DNA of 45,326 nt from contig DAHVQG010000017.1 of the NCBI GenBank assembly GCA_027317865.1, forward strand, positions 1-45,326, written 5' to 3'. The notes under the pieces are model-generated. The model was not told the DNA's origin. It did not search any database and was given only the letters and a program-made list of their open reading frames with translations. The translations under genes and the position numbers were made by a program. Numbering within the stretch: the first letter of the stretch is position 1; the number at the start of each line of letters is the position of its first letter. The DNA comes from Bdellovibrionales bacterium. GTDB taxonomy: Bacteria > Bdellovibrionota > Bdellovibrionia > Bdellovibrionales > UBA1609. Positions 1 through 9,064 of the stretch are shown in pieces.

Positions 1-1
1 T

Positions 2-388
2 AAGGCCTTGTTTGACGTGACTTCAAAATTCAAAAACCCGTCGCACCCCGATGCCGGCTTGGTTCACGTGGCTCGCGCCGTAAACGTATTTGCCTCAGCA
101 GGAGTGCCATTGAACCATTTGCGTTTTGTGGCGATGGTTCACGGTCCGGCCACCGCTGCGGTGTTGAACAACGGCGCTTATAAAAGAAAATATGGGCATG
201 ACAACCCGAACTTAAAACTTATTGCGCAACTGAGAAAAGCCGGCGTGCAGGTTGATGTTTGCGGGCAAGCCTTGGCCGATCTTCATTTCAAACACGCTTG
301 GGTTCAAAAAGGTGTCCGCATCGATCTTTCGGCACTTGCTACCGTCGTCATTTACGGCGATTGGGGCTACGCCTACATGAAACAATAA
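2..388 (+). CDS. DsrE-family (DsrE/F-like) protein, 5' end outside the window
   Basis: The frame is open from base 2 (KALFDVT...). Motifs VAMVHGPA, NPN.KLI.QL.KAGV.V.VCGQAL and the C-terminal GYAY are typical of DsrE-like proteins with a single conserved Cys. Confidence 0.8.
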   Translation, partial: KALFDVTSKFKNPSHPDAGLVHVARAVNVFASAGVPLNHLRFVAMVHGPATAAVLNNGAYKRKYGHDNPNLKLIAQLRKAGVQVDVCGQALADLHFKHAWVQKGVRIDLSALATVVIYGDWGYAYMKQ

Positions 389-404
389 TAACAGGATCGC
401 GAGG

Positions 405-1391
405 TTGACTATGCGTATTTTTTTTATTTTCGCAATTTTGTTGCTCATGCCAATAGCACTTCTGGCCCGGAACCGAGCAACTTCACGTTATATGTCTGAT
501 TTTTCAAGGGAGTTGATTCGTACTCAACCCCCTTGGAGCAAACCCATTTACTCCGGTACGCAAGTTACTGTCCCCGGTCTCGAGAACGTACCGGACATTC
601 ACGGCGATATTAATAATCCACAGTTGGTCGTTTTTTTTGCCGGCAATCAATATATGCTGGTCAATCAATTGTTGCGCGACTTTCAACTTCGCTACCCCGA
701 ATACCGCCGAGTGGTTGCTTTTACCTTCCCGCCCGGACGACTCATCAAGGCGTTCGCGAGCGGCCATGGGTTATTGCTTGGCAACATGCATGTCTCACTC
801 ACCCCTGATGTTTTAACCGCCGGCAAACGCGGCATACAAAATGCGCAAAAAGCCCACCATTGGTTTTCGAAAACAGAAGCTTATGCCCGCAATCGGCTTG
901 CGATCATGGTGCAGAAAGGCAATCCGAAACATATTTTAAGGCTGACACAACTGGCTGATAAAAATTTGCGGCTGTGCATGCCTGATCCGCACTGGGAGGG
1001 TATTGCCCGGCACGCAATCATTCCGGCCCTTCGCAAAGCCGGCGGGCAAAATTTAGTTCACCAAGTCTATTGGGTGAAAGTGCGCGAGGGGACGACCTTC
1101 TTAACGCACATTCATCACCGGCAAACTCCCATCAGGATCATGCAAAAAAAATGTGATGCCGGCGTTGTGTGGTACTCAGAAGCGTATTTTCATTCGTATA
1201 TACTTCATCATGATATATCGGTTGTGCGAATCAACCGAAAGCAAAATAAAACCGTCGTCTACGTCGCTGGAGAAATTAAAAACGCGCCTCACTCCAAAGC
1301 CGCTCGCGAATTTATGAGGTTTTTGCTCAGCCGCCAAGCTCAGGCGTTGTACAGGTATTATGGATTTTTGCCGCCAAAAAAGACGCCATAA
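405..1391 (+). CDS. Periplasmic molybdate/sulfate-type substrate-binding protein (ModA-like)
   Basis: Signal peptide; LVVFFAGNQ, YARNRLAIMVQKGNPK, HHRQTP and DAGVVWYSEA; C-terminal F..FL.S..AQ.LY..YGF. No permease or ATPase lies beside it. Confidence 0.75.
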   Translation: MTMRIFFIFAILLLMPIALLARNRATSRYMSDFSRELIRTQPPWSKPIYSGTQVTVPGLENVPDIHGDINNPQLVVFFAGNQYMLVNQLLRDFQLRYPEYRRVVAFTFPPGRLIKAFASGHGLLLGNMHVSLTPDVLTAGKRGIQNAQKAHHWFSKTEAYARNRLAIMVQKGNPKHILRLTQLADKNLRLCMPDPHWEGIARHAIIPALRKAGGQNLVHQVYWVKVREGTTFLTHIHHRQTPIRIMQKKCDAGVVWYSEAYFHSYILHHDISVVRINRKQNKTVVYVAGEIKNAPHSKAAREFMRFLLSRQAQALYRYYGFLPPKKTP

Positions 1392-1392
1392 G

Positions 1393-2868
1393 ATGATCAA
1401 ACACGTTTCGGTTGCCGCCGGGGTTTTAATAATTTCGATTGTTACAGTCGCAAACGTTACCTGGGCGAGAACAAACGATTTTAGTAAGACCCCGCAAAAA
1501 ACTCTACGCGGATTCGAACAAACGTGTATCGCCTGTCACGGAGTCAACGGGCGCAGAGGTTCAGCAGATGGAGTTCCAAGTCTGGCGAGCGACCCCAAGC
1601 GATATTTAATTCAACAGCTCGACGAATTTGCGGATAAAAAACGACAAAACGCGCTCATGTCAGAAATAGTTAAAAATCTAACGCCGAAACAAATCGTTGT
1701 AATCGCAACTTATTTTTCTCAGATTCACTTTTTGCCGACCGTACCCGCGAGACGAATTCGCTTACTTCACATTTCGAAATTCAAGCGTCGCTGGGTGATC
1801 GGTAAAGAAATCGTCAATCACGGGTTATGGGCAAAGGCTGTTCCACGTTGCGAAGCGTGTCATGGTCCGGGCAACACCGGATTTTTTAATACGCCTTCAC
1901 TTGCCGGGCAAAGTGCAAAATATTTGCAAGCTCAATTGCAAGCGTTCAAAGATGGTCGGCGCCCAGGCGGTGTTGACGGTGTGATGTCTCACATTGCGCG
2001 GAGTCTCACAGTTCAACAAATAAAGGCCGTATCTTTTTATCTTTCAATATTGCCGGATAATTCGAAATATAAAACCCCTGCCCGCTTTACGCTTGCCCCA
2101 TCGATACCAGACGTCGCAAAAGGCTTTTTTCAGCCACCGCTGGTAGAGGAGACTCCCACAGGTGAATTTGGCCAATCGGTGCGCTTCGGCTATTTAATTT
2201 TTACGCATACTCCTCTGTTTGCTCGCAATTATGTTGGCGATAATTTGAGTTGCACTAATTGTCATGTCGATGGCGGCCGTCGCCCCTATTCAGCTCCAAT
2301 GTGGGCCGCATGGGGTATTTATCCGAAATATCGCCGCAAGAATCATAAAATCAACGACATGGGGATGAGAATTCAAGGTTGCTTTCGTTTTTCAGAAAAC
2401 GGATCTCAATCGACATCAGGTCATGTGCCGGCGCTTAATTCGAAAGTGATGATTGCATTAAAATCATATATCAAGTGGTTAGCGACAAACGCCCCTGCAG
2501 GAGTAAAACTCAAAGGTCAAGGTTACGCTCACATTCCCCCGCCGCGTAAACGTTTTTCGATCAGTCGCGGAAAAGTTGTTTACGCCAACCGATGTGCCGC
2601 TTGCCATGGCATTCACGGTGAGGGACGGCAAAATATTTTCGGGCAGACTGTATTCCCGCCTTTGTGGGGGCCAAACTCATTTAATTTAGGCGCTGGAATG
2701 CATAACGTGAAAACTGCCGCGGCATTTATCGATAAAAATATGCCATTCGGCCATCCCGGTATTCTGACCCTTCAACAAGCGTGGGATGCCGCAGCCTATA
2801 TGGACAGCCGCCCGCGGCCGCCAAATCCAAAACGCGTCGCTAACGACGCCCGCGCTAAAAAATATTGA
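1393..2868 (+). CDS. tsdBA: Tetraheme thiosulfate dehydrogenase, TsdB-TsdA fusion
   Basis: Signal peptide from ATG 1393. Four CxxCH motifs: CIACH and CEACH in cytochrome c4-like domains with distal Met (NALM, GVM), then CTNCH and CAACH. TsdA signatures YPKYR.K, RIQGCFRFS (active-site Cys), PPLWG..SFN.GAGM and NMP. Confidence 0.88.
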   Translation: MIKHVSVAAGVLIISIVTVANVTWARTNDFSKTPQKTLRGFEQTCIACHGVNGRRGSADGVPSLASDPKRYLIQQLDEFADKKRQNALMSEIVKNLTPKQIVVIATYFSQIHFLPTVPARRIRLLHISKFKRRWVIGKEIVNHGLWAKAVPRCEACHGPGNTGFFNTPSLAGQSAKYLQAQLQAFKDGRRPGGVDGVMSHIARSLTVQQIKAVSFYLSILPDNSKYKTPARFTLAPSIPDVAKGFFQPPLVEETPTGEFGQSVRFGYLIFTHTPLFARNYVGDNLSCTNCHVDGGRRPYSAPMWAAWGIYPKYRRKNHKINDMGMRIQGCFRFSENGSQSTSGHVPALNSKVMIALKSYIKWLATNAPAGVKLKGQGYAHIPPPRKRFSISRGKVVYANRCAACHGIHGEGRQNIFGQTVFPPLWGPNSFNLGAGMHNVKTAAAFIDKNMPFGHPGILTLQQAWDAAAYMDSRPRPPNPKRVANDARAKKY

Positions 2869-2893
2869 CGGCGTTAAAATAGGATTGACGAAC

Positions 2894-3382
2894 TTATTTA
2901 TGTAACCCCGCCGTGTAGGTCGTATATTTTGCGCCTGTCGACAGATTAAGATACAGCGCCATGCAGGTCTGTATCGTACCGTTTACCTGATTCGATGGCG
3001 CGCTCTCGGCGCCATTGGTATTATATGCCGTCGCGACGAAATAATATGTATTGGGTGGTACACTTTTAAACACGTAACTAGAGGTTGCAGGATTCGGAAT
3101 GTTGATTTTGTTCGAAAGGTTGACGGCGCCGTTGGTTTTTACTCCCCAATAAATGTTAAAACCGGCGAGGTTTGTTAGACGTGAGCCGTCGGTATTTGTG
3201 GTTGGCGCGGTCCATGAAAGTGTTAGTTGCGTTTTACATGTTCCGCCGCCAGACGGCGGGTTTGTGTTTTGCCCGCTATTCCCGCTGGCACCCGAACCTG
3301 AATGAAAACCACCGCACCCGACAAGTAGACTTGCTGTACAACCAAGTAATCCGAAGACGATCAGTTTCAACAAACGATTCAT
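2894..3382 (-). CDS. Lipoprotein with a fibronectin type III-like domain
   Basis: Lipobox LVGC, a Gly/Ser/Asn linker, then LTLSWTAPTTNTDGS.LTNLAGFNIYWG...YYFVATAYNTNGAESAPSN. Confidence 0.75.
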   Translation of the reverse strand: MNRLLKLIVFGLLGCTASLLVGCGGFHSGSGASGNSGQNTNPPSGGGTCKTQLTLSWTAPTTNTDGSRLTNLAGFNIYWGVKTNGAVNLSNKINIPNPATSSYVFKSVPPNTYYFVATAYNTNGAESAPSNQVNGTIQTCMALYLNLSTGAKYTTYTAGLHK

Positions 3383-3504
3383 AGGTCCCCCTTGATGTCA
3401 TATTTAGATATGGCAAAAGTGGGGGAAGCGAAACTGAATTCAAAAGAACTATGCATGACTTACGATTTTTCATGCCAGGCCGATGCGCACTCTGGAAAAA
3501 TGAA

Positions 3505-4299
3505 CTAGTTAACCTGAGTGGATAGACACGCCGATGCAGAACTTAAAGCATTTTCGAGTCCAAAAAATGTACTACCGCCAGGAGCAATAGGATTCACAAA
3601 ATTAACGACTCCACCGTCACACGCGTTAGGACTATTTTTTGAAGCTATGTATGCATTACTGTTTGTATCGAGAGTGCATCCCGATTGAAAACTATAATAT
3701 GCGTTCGGACCGCCGTAACCTGTGGTGTCAGTGGCATTTGTATTGAAGTTTGTCACACTGCCGGTCACGTTTGTGCGCCCAATAAATGTATCGATGCCGT
3801 CACCGTCAAAGCCAAAAATATCATTGTTCGAATTCAACCCAAGTGTTTTGATTGTCGTCGAGCTACTCATGTTCAATACGCCAACCATTGTGTCATCAAA
3901 TCCGCTGCCGTAACCTGCGCCATCATCCGCTGAAGGTTCTTTGGGATTGTAGTACAGGTAGACTCCACTATCGGTAACAATAATCACAGCCGTACAATCT
4001 GAGTTTGAGGCGACGGCCGGGCAAATCCCGGCGAGCATGGATTGCGTGACTCCAGGGGGCAGTGTGTTAACTACTGGAGTATTGGTGGTGCTCATTGTAC
4101 ATGTCGGCGGAACGGGCGGATTACTACCACCCCCGCTAGGGCCGTTGTTATTTACAGTACCTTGACCTTGTGAAGCTGCATTTTGCGCAGCCGTAGAGAA
4201 TGCAACACGCGAACAATTGACTAAAAATACGGCAGGACTGAAGAGTACCAGAATGAGACAAAATTGCTTTAGATGATACAAGATGCAGTTGCACTTCAT
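3505..4299 (-). CDS. Putative lipoprotein, Asn/Ser/Thr/Gly-rich extracellular beta domain
   Basis: Hydrophobic N-terminus ending LVNC, low-complexity linker, Cys pairs, DDTMVGVLN and DIFGFDGDGI segments. G-rich RBS at 4306-4311. Confidence 0.65.
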   Translation of the reverse strand: MKCNCILYHLKQFCLILVLFSPAVFLVNCSRVAFSTAAQNAASQGQGTVNNNGPSGGGSNPPVPPTCTMSTTNTPVVNTLPPGVTQSMLAGICPAVASNSDCTAVIIVTDSGVYLYYNPKEPSADDGAGYGSGFDDTMVGVLNMSSSTTIKTLGLNSNNDIFGFDGDGIDTFIGRTNVTGSVTNFNTNATDTTGYGGPNAYYSFQSGCTLDTNSNAYIASKNSPNACDGGVVNFVNPIAPGGSTFFGLENALSSASACLSTQVN

Positions 4300-4343
4300 G
4301 ACTCACCCCCCTTACCCTTTTTTAAAAGCATTTTTCATGCTCA

Positions 4344-4373
4344 CAGCTAAGGACTAAAAACAGCCCTTAGCTG
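4344..4373. repeat. Inverted repeat CAGCTAAGGACT-N6-AGCCCTTAGCTG
   Basis: 12-bp arms with 11/12 complementarity, in the divergent intergenic region 4300-4574. Confidence 0.6.
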
Positions 4374-4574
4374 ATTTGGCCCCAGTTAGCCGTTAAACTA
4401 TTAGACGATTTTTCTACTGAAGCGGTTAACATCTTAAAATCCCTGCTGTTCCTTCGATCAGGGCTTAGACAATGACAAATCAACCGCTAATATCTAATAT
4501 GATCCTCATTTAACTTCGCAACGGATTTGCAGTAATTGAATTGAGCCAACTGTAAAACCACAAGGGGAGCTTTA

Positions 4575-5306
4575 ATGTTTAAGCTTAAGCATATAATTTT
4601 TATTGCTTTATTTTTCGCACAAAATGCGTTTGCTTTTACTGTTCATCGCTGCCGCGTCGATTATGAATTTGACCACATTGGCAACTGGCGAACGGGAATT
4701 TTGGCAGAAAAAGTACCCTCAGCGATTGAAGTTTACAGAGGTATGATGGGGCAACACGATACGTACATTTGGGCCTCGGTTTCTCATGATGGCACAAGCT
4801 TTAGGGCGATTCTTAAAGGCAAAGGCGTAAAACCCAATGAGGTATGGCCCGAAGGACGATTTCTACGCTTTCAAAGTAAAAACGGATTCATTTCAGGAAT
4901 TCTCTCGTGCCAAAAACAAAGTGAGAACGTACCCGTACTTTTTCGCAACAATTTTGACGGTAACATTTTTGCGATTCAAAAGCCAAAATCAAAAGACAAG
5001 GCTAAATCTAAATTTTATCAACTGTACTACCAGCACATCTGCTACATCGGCGATATAAATGCGGCTCGGAGCGCGCTATTATACCTTAAAAATTGGGGCT
5101 ACGTTAAAGACGCGCAAATGAACGGCGAAGAAATAAAATTGAGCTATACAGATAAGACCTGTGTGAGCACGACACCTCCGGCGTATTACGGTGATTCCTA
5201 TTGCGGTGACTGGAAGACCACTACAAGATATCAAACTATCGGTCCGTGCCGCGCCGACTGGAATCCGGTTCAACTGGTCGCCCAACCCGAACCCGTGCGG
5301 CCGTAG
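4575..5306 (+). CDS. Secreted hypothetical protein
   Basis: Signal peptide ending AFA, RBS AAGGGGAG, six Cys. No family recognised. Confidence 0.7.
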   Translation: MFKLKHIIFIALFFAQNAFAFTVHRCRVDYEFDHIGNWRTGILAEKVPSAIEVYRGMMGQHDTYIWASVSHDGTSFRAILKGKGVKPNEVWPEGRFLRFQSKNGFISGILSCQKQSENVPVLFRNNFDGNIFAIQKPKSKDKAKSKFYQLYYQHICYIGDINAARSALLYLKNWGYVKDAQMNGEEIKLSYTDKTCVSTTPPAYYGDSYCGDWKTTTRYQTIGPCRADWNPVQLVAQPEPVRP

Positions 5307-5338
5307 TTCATGCGACAAGGCGGATCGCTGCGCTTAAG

Positions 5339-7600
5339 TTATATCCGCAATTTGGCGGGCCATAAATAGAGCATTGCGGGCAGAAAAAAAAGATCTCCAA
5401 CAATTCCACCGCTTAGTGAAATAATCATGCATCGGCCAAAAATTTGATTTGCCGAGAAATACGAGAACAAAAATACCGAAAATCCGATAAGCACAATGGC
5501 AGTTGACACTAAACACGGGTTGCCCTCAAGGCGAAAAGCACGAACCAGCTGATCGCGCTCAATGACGCCATCCGAATTTTTAAAAGCGCGCAAGCGGTTT
5601 AACAAATAGACCGTATTGTTAAACGCGAGACCGAGCGCAATTGAAAAAATAATCGCCACCCCCGGTTCGATCGCCGTGCGAGTCAGAGAAAGATATCCGA
5701 GAAGAAAAATCGGCGGCACAAGATTGGGCAAAGCCGCAAGCAAAGCTGTGCGAAACGATCGAAAGATAAACGCCAGTATGATGACTATTAAAATCAGCGC
5801 TTGCCAAAAGCCGTAAATAAGTTCTAGTGAAATTTCATCTTGAATGAGGTGAACGATGGCGCCCATCCCGCCCATTTCAACCGTATCGTGCGGAAAATAT
5901 TTTTGAACTTTATTTTTCAAATTTTTTACGAGAGCCTTCGCCGAATCGGAGGGCAGATCGCGAATCCGCATGCCGATGCGGGTGATTCGTTGATTCGAAG
6001 AAAGGTAGCTATCTAATGGATCAGGATCAGACATCGAATATAAAAAATAAATTTCTGAAACTGCAGCGCGCGACACCGGTAAAATCGGTTTGGGAATTTC
6101 AGCGAGCGCATGAAAAAAATCAGGAATACCGTGAGCCGTACCCACTCCGTTTGTGCGCCGCAAATTCACTAGCAACGCTTTAAGAGTTTGCAGCTTCGCG
6201 GGGTCCGTCCAAGCCGATTTCTTTTTTGAAATAATGGCCACATCCAGTGGGATCACGCCGCCAAGAGTTTTGTCGATTCTCTCTGTTGAGACCCGCGCCG
6301 GTTGACCCTTTGGCAAATCGTCGAATAATTTTGCCGTCCAATAAAGATGCCGCGACGTCGTAACGAGTAAAATGCAAAGAATGACAACAAGGCTGCCAAT
6401 TATTTTCGCCCGGCTCATGATCCAAGTCGTCCAACTTGCCGGTCGGCGTACCCAGTTTCTCGCGACGGGGCTCGGCAGTAAAAGTAAAAGAGGGATAATT
6501 CCGACGGTTGTTAAAAGCCACGAAAGCATAACGGCGCCTGCCACTTCGACGCCGTAGCTGCGTATAAGCGGAACGTCAGCCCAAAGTAACGTTAAAAACC
6601 CGATGCACGTCGTAAGCGCGCCCAGTAAATTGGGCAGCCAAATTTCTTTATTGACCTCACGTATGACGCTCCACCGAGAAGTTGAAGGATCATGGTTTTT
6701 TGCATCCTCTATAAATCTCAAAATAAAATGCACCGATAGAGAAACTACAGTGATGAAAATTAATATGGGGATGGTCGACGATAAAACGGTGAACGGCTGT
6801 TTGAGCCACGCCATTACGGCAAACACCATGACGTTCGCAAAGGCCGTAAAAATCATCGGAATAAGCATCGTTGAAATTGTGCTAAAAATCAGAATTAACG
6901 TTATGGCGCACGCTAAAATCGTTAGCGCAATAAAGTTTCTCAACTCTTTACTCAGTAACAACCCTAATTCTGTTTGAACGGCAGGAACGCCGCCGACGCT
7001 CGTTTGCTCGTGTTGAAAACCTTGTTTCAAATCTTTGCGAAACGTGGAATAAAAATTCGCCAAAAGATGGACGTTCGCGTTTTTAAGCTGAACATAAATA
7101 AGAATTGTCCGGTAGTGCTTTGAAATGAGCATCGGTACAAGAAGAGGGTCTCCGCTAATTCGTTGCTGCCATTTTTTTTGCGGGGTAACTTGAATTAACG
7201 GCCCAACACTTAAGACGCCACGTTTTTGCGCTGCCGCGTTCACGTTCGATAAGCTGAGAACGCGATAAACTCCGGCGGCTGTTTGAATTTTATTTGTTAA
7301 TGCCGTCAACTGGGTCATTCGATGTTTTTGTAACCACGTCCCGTTTTGGTTGGGCTTAAGGGTTACTAAACCCACAAAGGTTGGCAGATCTTTGATGTGA
7401 AAGTATCCGCGAACTTTTTTATCCATTTGAATTGCAGGATGGTGATCGGGCAAAAACTGCATCACTGAATATTTCGTTTGCAATTTTCGCGCGCCAAAAA
7501 CACCGATAATCGCAACAATAATCATGAGTGCGCATGCGACGAGAGCGTTTCGCTTGGCTTGATAACTGACGGGCAAACCTGGGTTATTTTTTTCATCCAT
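5339..7600 (-). CDS. MMPL/RND-superfamily transporter
   Basis: Two repeats of [1 TM + periplasmic loop + 5 TM]. Segments LTTCIGFLTL...VPLIRSYG and IGFSVFLFS.F...QIFG......G.VGDL.FLPA. ATG 7600 is preferred over 7702. Confidence 0.88.
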   Translation of the reverse strand: MDEKNNPGLPVSYQAKRNALVACALMIIVAIIGVFGARKLQTKYSVMQFLPDHHPAIQMDKKVRGYFHIKDLPTFVGLVTLKPNQNGTWLQKHRMTQLTALTNKIQTAAGVYRVLSLSNVNAAAQKRGVLSVGPLIQVTPQKKWQQRISGDPLLVPMLISKHYRTILIYVQLKNANVHLLANFYSTFRKDLKQGFQHEQTSVGGVPAVQTELGLLLSKELRNFIALTILACAITLILIFSTISTMLIPMIFTAFANVMVFAVMAWLKQPFTVLSSTIPILIFITVVSLSVHFILRFIEDAKNHDPSTSRWSVIREVNKEIWLPNLLGALTTCIGFLTLLWADVPLIRSYGVEVAGAVMLSWLLTTVGIIPLLLLLPSPVARNWVRRPASWTTWIMSRAKIIGSLVVILCILLVTTSRHLYWTAKLFDDLPKGQPARVSTERIDKTLGGVIPLDVAIISKKKSAWTDPAKLQTLKALLVNLRRTNGVGTAHGIPDFFHALAEIPKPILPVSRAAVSEIYFLYSMSDPDPLDSYLSSNQRITRIGMRIRDLPSDSAKALVKNLKNKVQKYFPHDTVEMGGMGAIVHLIQDEISLELIYGFWQALILIVIILAFIFRSFRTALLAALPNLVPPIFLLGYLSLTRTAIEPGVAIIFSIALGLAFNNTVYLLNRLRAFKNSDGVIERDQLVRAFRLEGNPCLVSTAIVLIGFSVFLFSYFSANQIFGRCMIISLSGGIVGDLFFLPAMLYLWPAKLRI

Positions 7601-7810
7601 GAGAAATTTATTTTCTGCAGTTTTTATGTTTTTATGCGAGTTATAAAAAATATTTCGAGACCTACGGCTAGGTGGAGATTCGTACCTGCAATTGCAACAC
7701 AAAATTTACCTATGTGAGAAGCATTTATTCGGTTTCTGTCAGATTTTAACAAATTAGTGGAGAACTTTAAAAGATTAGCTATATTGTTTGCCGGGGGAGG
7801 GTAAGTAACT

Positions 7811-9064
7811 GTGCTGACGTTCACGATTCTCAGCGTTTTAACAGCACTACTATTTCTAGTGCTCGCTGTGCGTACCCAAATTTTCAATAAGTCCGTCATT
7901 ATGTTGCGTGATTTGCCTGATGAACTCCCTGAAGGTCAAAACAACGGCGTGTGGCCAAAAGTGAGCATTGTCGTACCTGCGTGCAACGAATCAAACACAA
8001 TTAAGGACGCGGCCGAATCTCTACTCGCGCTCGACTATCCGAATTTAGAAGTTGTCTTTGTGAATGATCGATCGACCGATCAAACCGGCGAGATCATAGA
8101 TCGTATCGCCGCCCGTGACTCACGCTTTAAAACGGTTCATATTACATCGCTCCCAAATGGGTGGCTCGGAAAAACACATGCCATGTCTAAAGGGATCGAA
8201 TCGGTTACCGGAGAATACATTCTGCTCACCGACGCCGACGTTCACTTTGCCCCGCGCGCGTTGAAAAAGGCGGTCGGCTATAGCATTCAAAATCAACTCG
8301 ATTTTTTAACCGTCATCCCCGACCTCATCGCAAAATCGTTTAGTCTTCAAGTTATGATGGGGCAGTTGTATCATATGGCCTCGCTCTTTTTTGATATTCG
8401 CCGATTGAACGACCCGCGCAAAAAAGTTTGCTACGGCCAAGGGGCATTTCTTTTACTCAAACAAAAAACGTACGCACGATCAGAAGGCCTTGAATGGATC
8501 AAAATGGACGTCATCGACGATTCGGGGTTGGCGCTCACCATGCGCCGCGCGGGAGCCAAAATGGGGGCAATCGCCGGCCGAAGCGAAGTGCAACTTGAAT
8601 GGTACCCGAGTTTGCGAACTATGATTCGAGGGCTTGAAAAAAACGGTTTTGCCCTTTGCCAATATTCTTTGGCCGTAATCTTGGGAGCCCTGACTGTCAC
8701 TACGATTATAGGAGCGGGCATTTGGGTATTTCCGTTTCTTTCGCGTTCGCCATACGTCATCGCTTTTACCGTTGCCAGCTTAGCAATTTACCTCATTGTT
8801 GTAGCTCGCCAACTTCACCTCATGATGCCGATCCGCCGCCGGTGTATTGTTTTTATGTCGGTTGCCTTTGTGTTTTTACCGCTCATTTTTTTGCGTGCCG
8901 CTATCTTAGCCAAAATTCGCCGCGGAATTTATTGGCGCGGCACCTTTTATCCGCTTGAAGATTTAAAGCGCAATCAGCGCATGAAGTTCGTTAACCTTGT
9001 TTTTCCGGAGCAAAAGTCAACAACGTCGACCGCTTCGGCTGAACCTTACGAGGCGGTGAATTGA
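7811..9064 (+). CDS. Membrane glycosyltransferase family 2 (HpnB/CrtQ-like lipid glycosyltransferase)
   Basis: N-terminal TM; VSIVVPACNE, VNDRSTDQT, LPNGWLGKTHA, LTDADV, IDDSGLA; C-terminal TMs and WRG..Y. Confidence 0.85.
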   Translation: MLTFTILSVLTALLFLVLAVRTQIFNKSVIMLRDLPDELPEGQNNGVWPKVSIVVPACNESNTIKDAAESLLALDYPNLEVVFVNDRSTDQTGEIIDRIAARDSRFKTVHITSLPNGWLGKTHAMSKGIESVTGEYILLTDADVHFAPRALKKAVGYSIQNQLDFLTVIPDLIAKSFSLQVMMGQLYHMASLFFDIRRLNDPRKKVCYGQGAFLLLKQKTYARSEGLEWIKMDVIDDSGLALTMRRAGAKMGAIAGRSEVQLEWYPSLRTMIRGLEKNGFALCQYSLAVILGALTVTTIIGAGIWVFPFLSRSPYVIAFTVASLAIYLIVVARQLHLMMPIRRRCIVFMSVAFVFLPLIFLRAAILAKIRRGIYWRGTFYPLEDLKRNQRMKFVNLVFPEQKSTTSTASAEPYEAVN

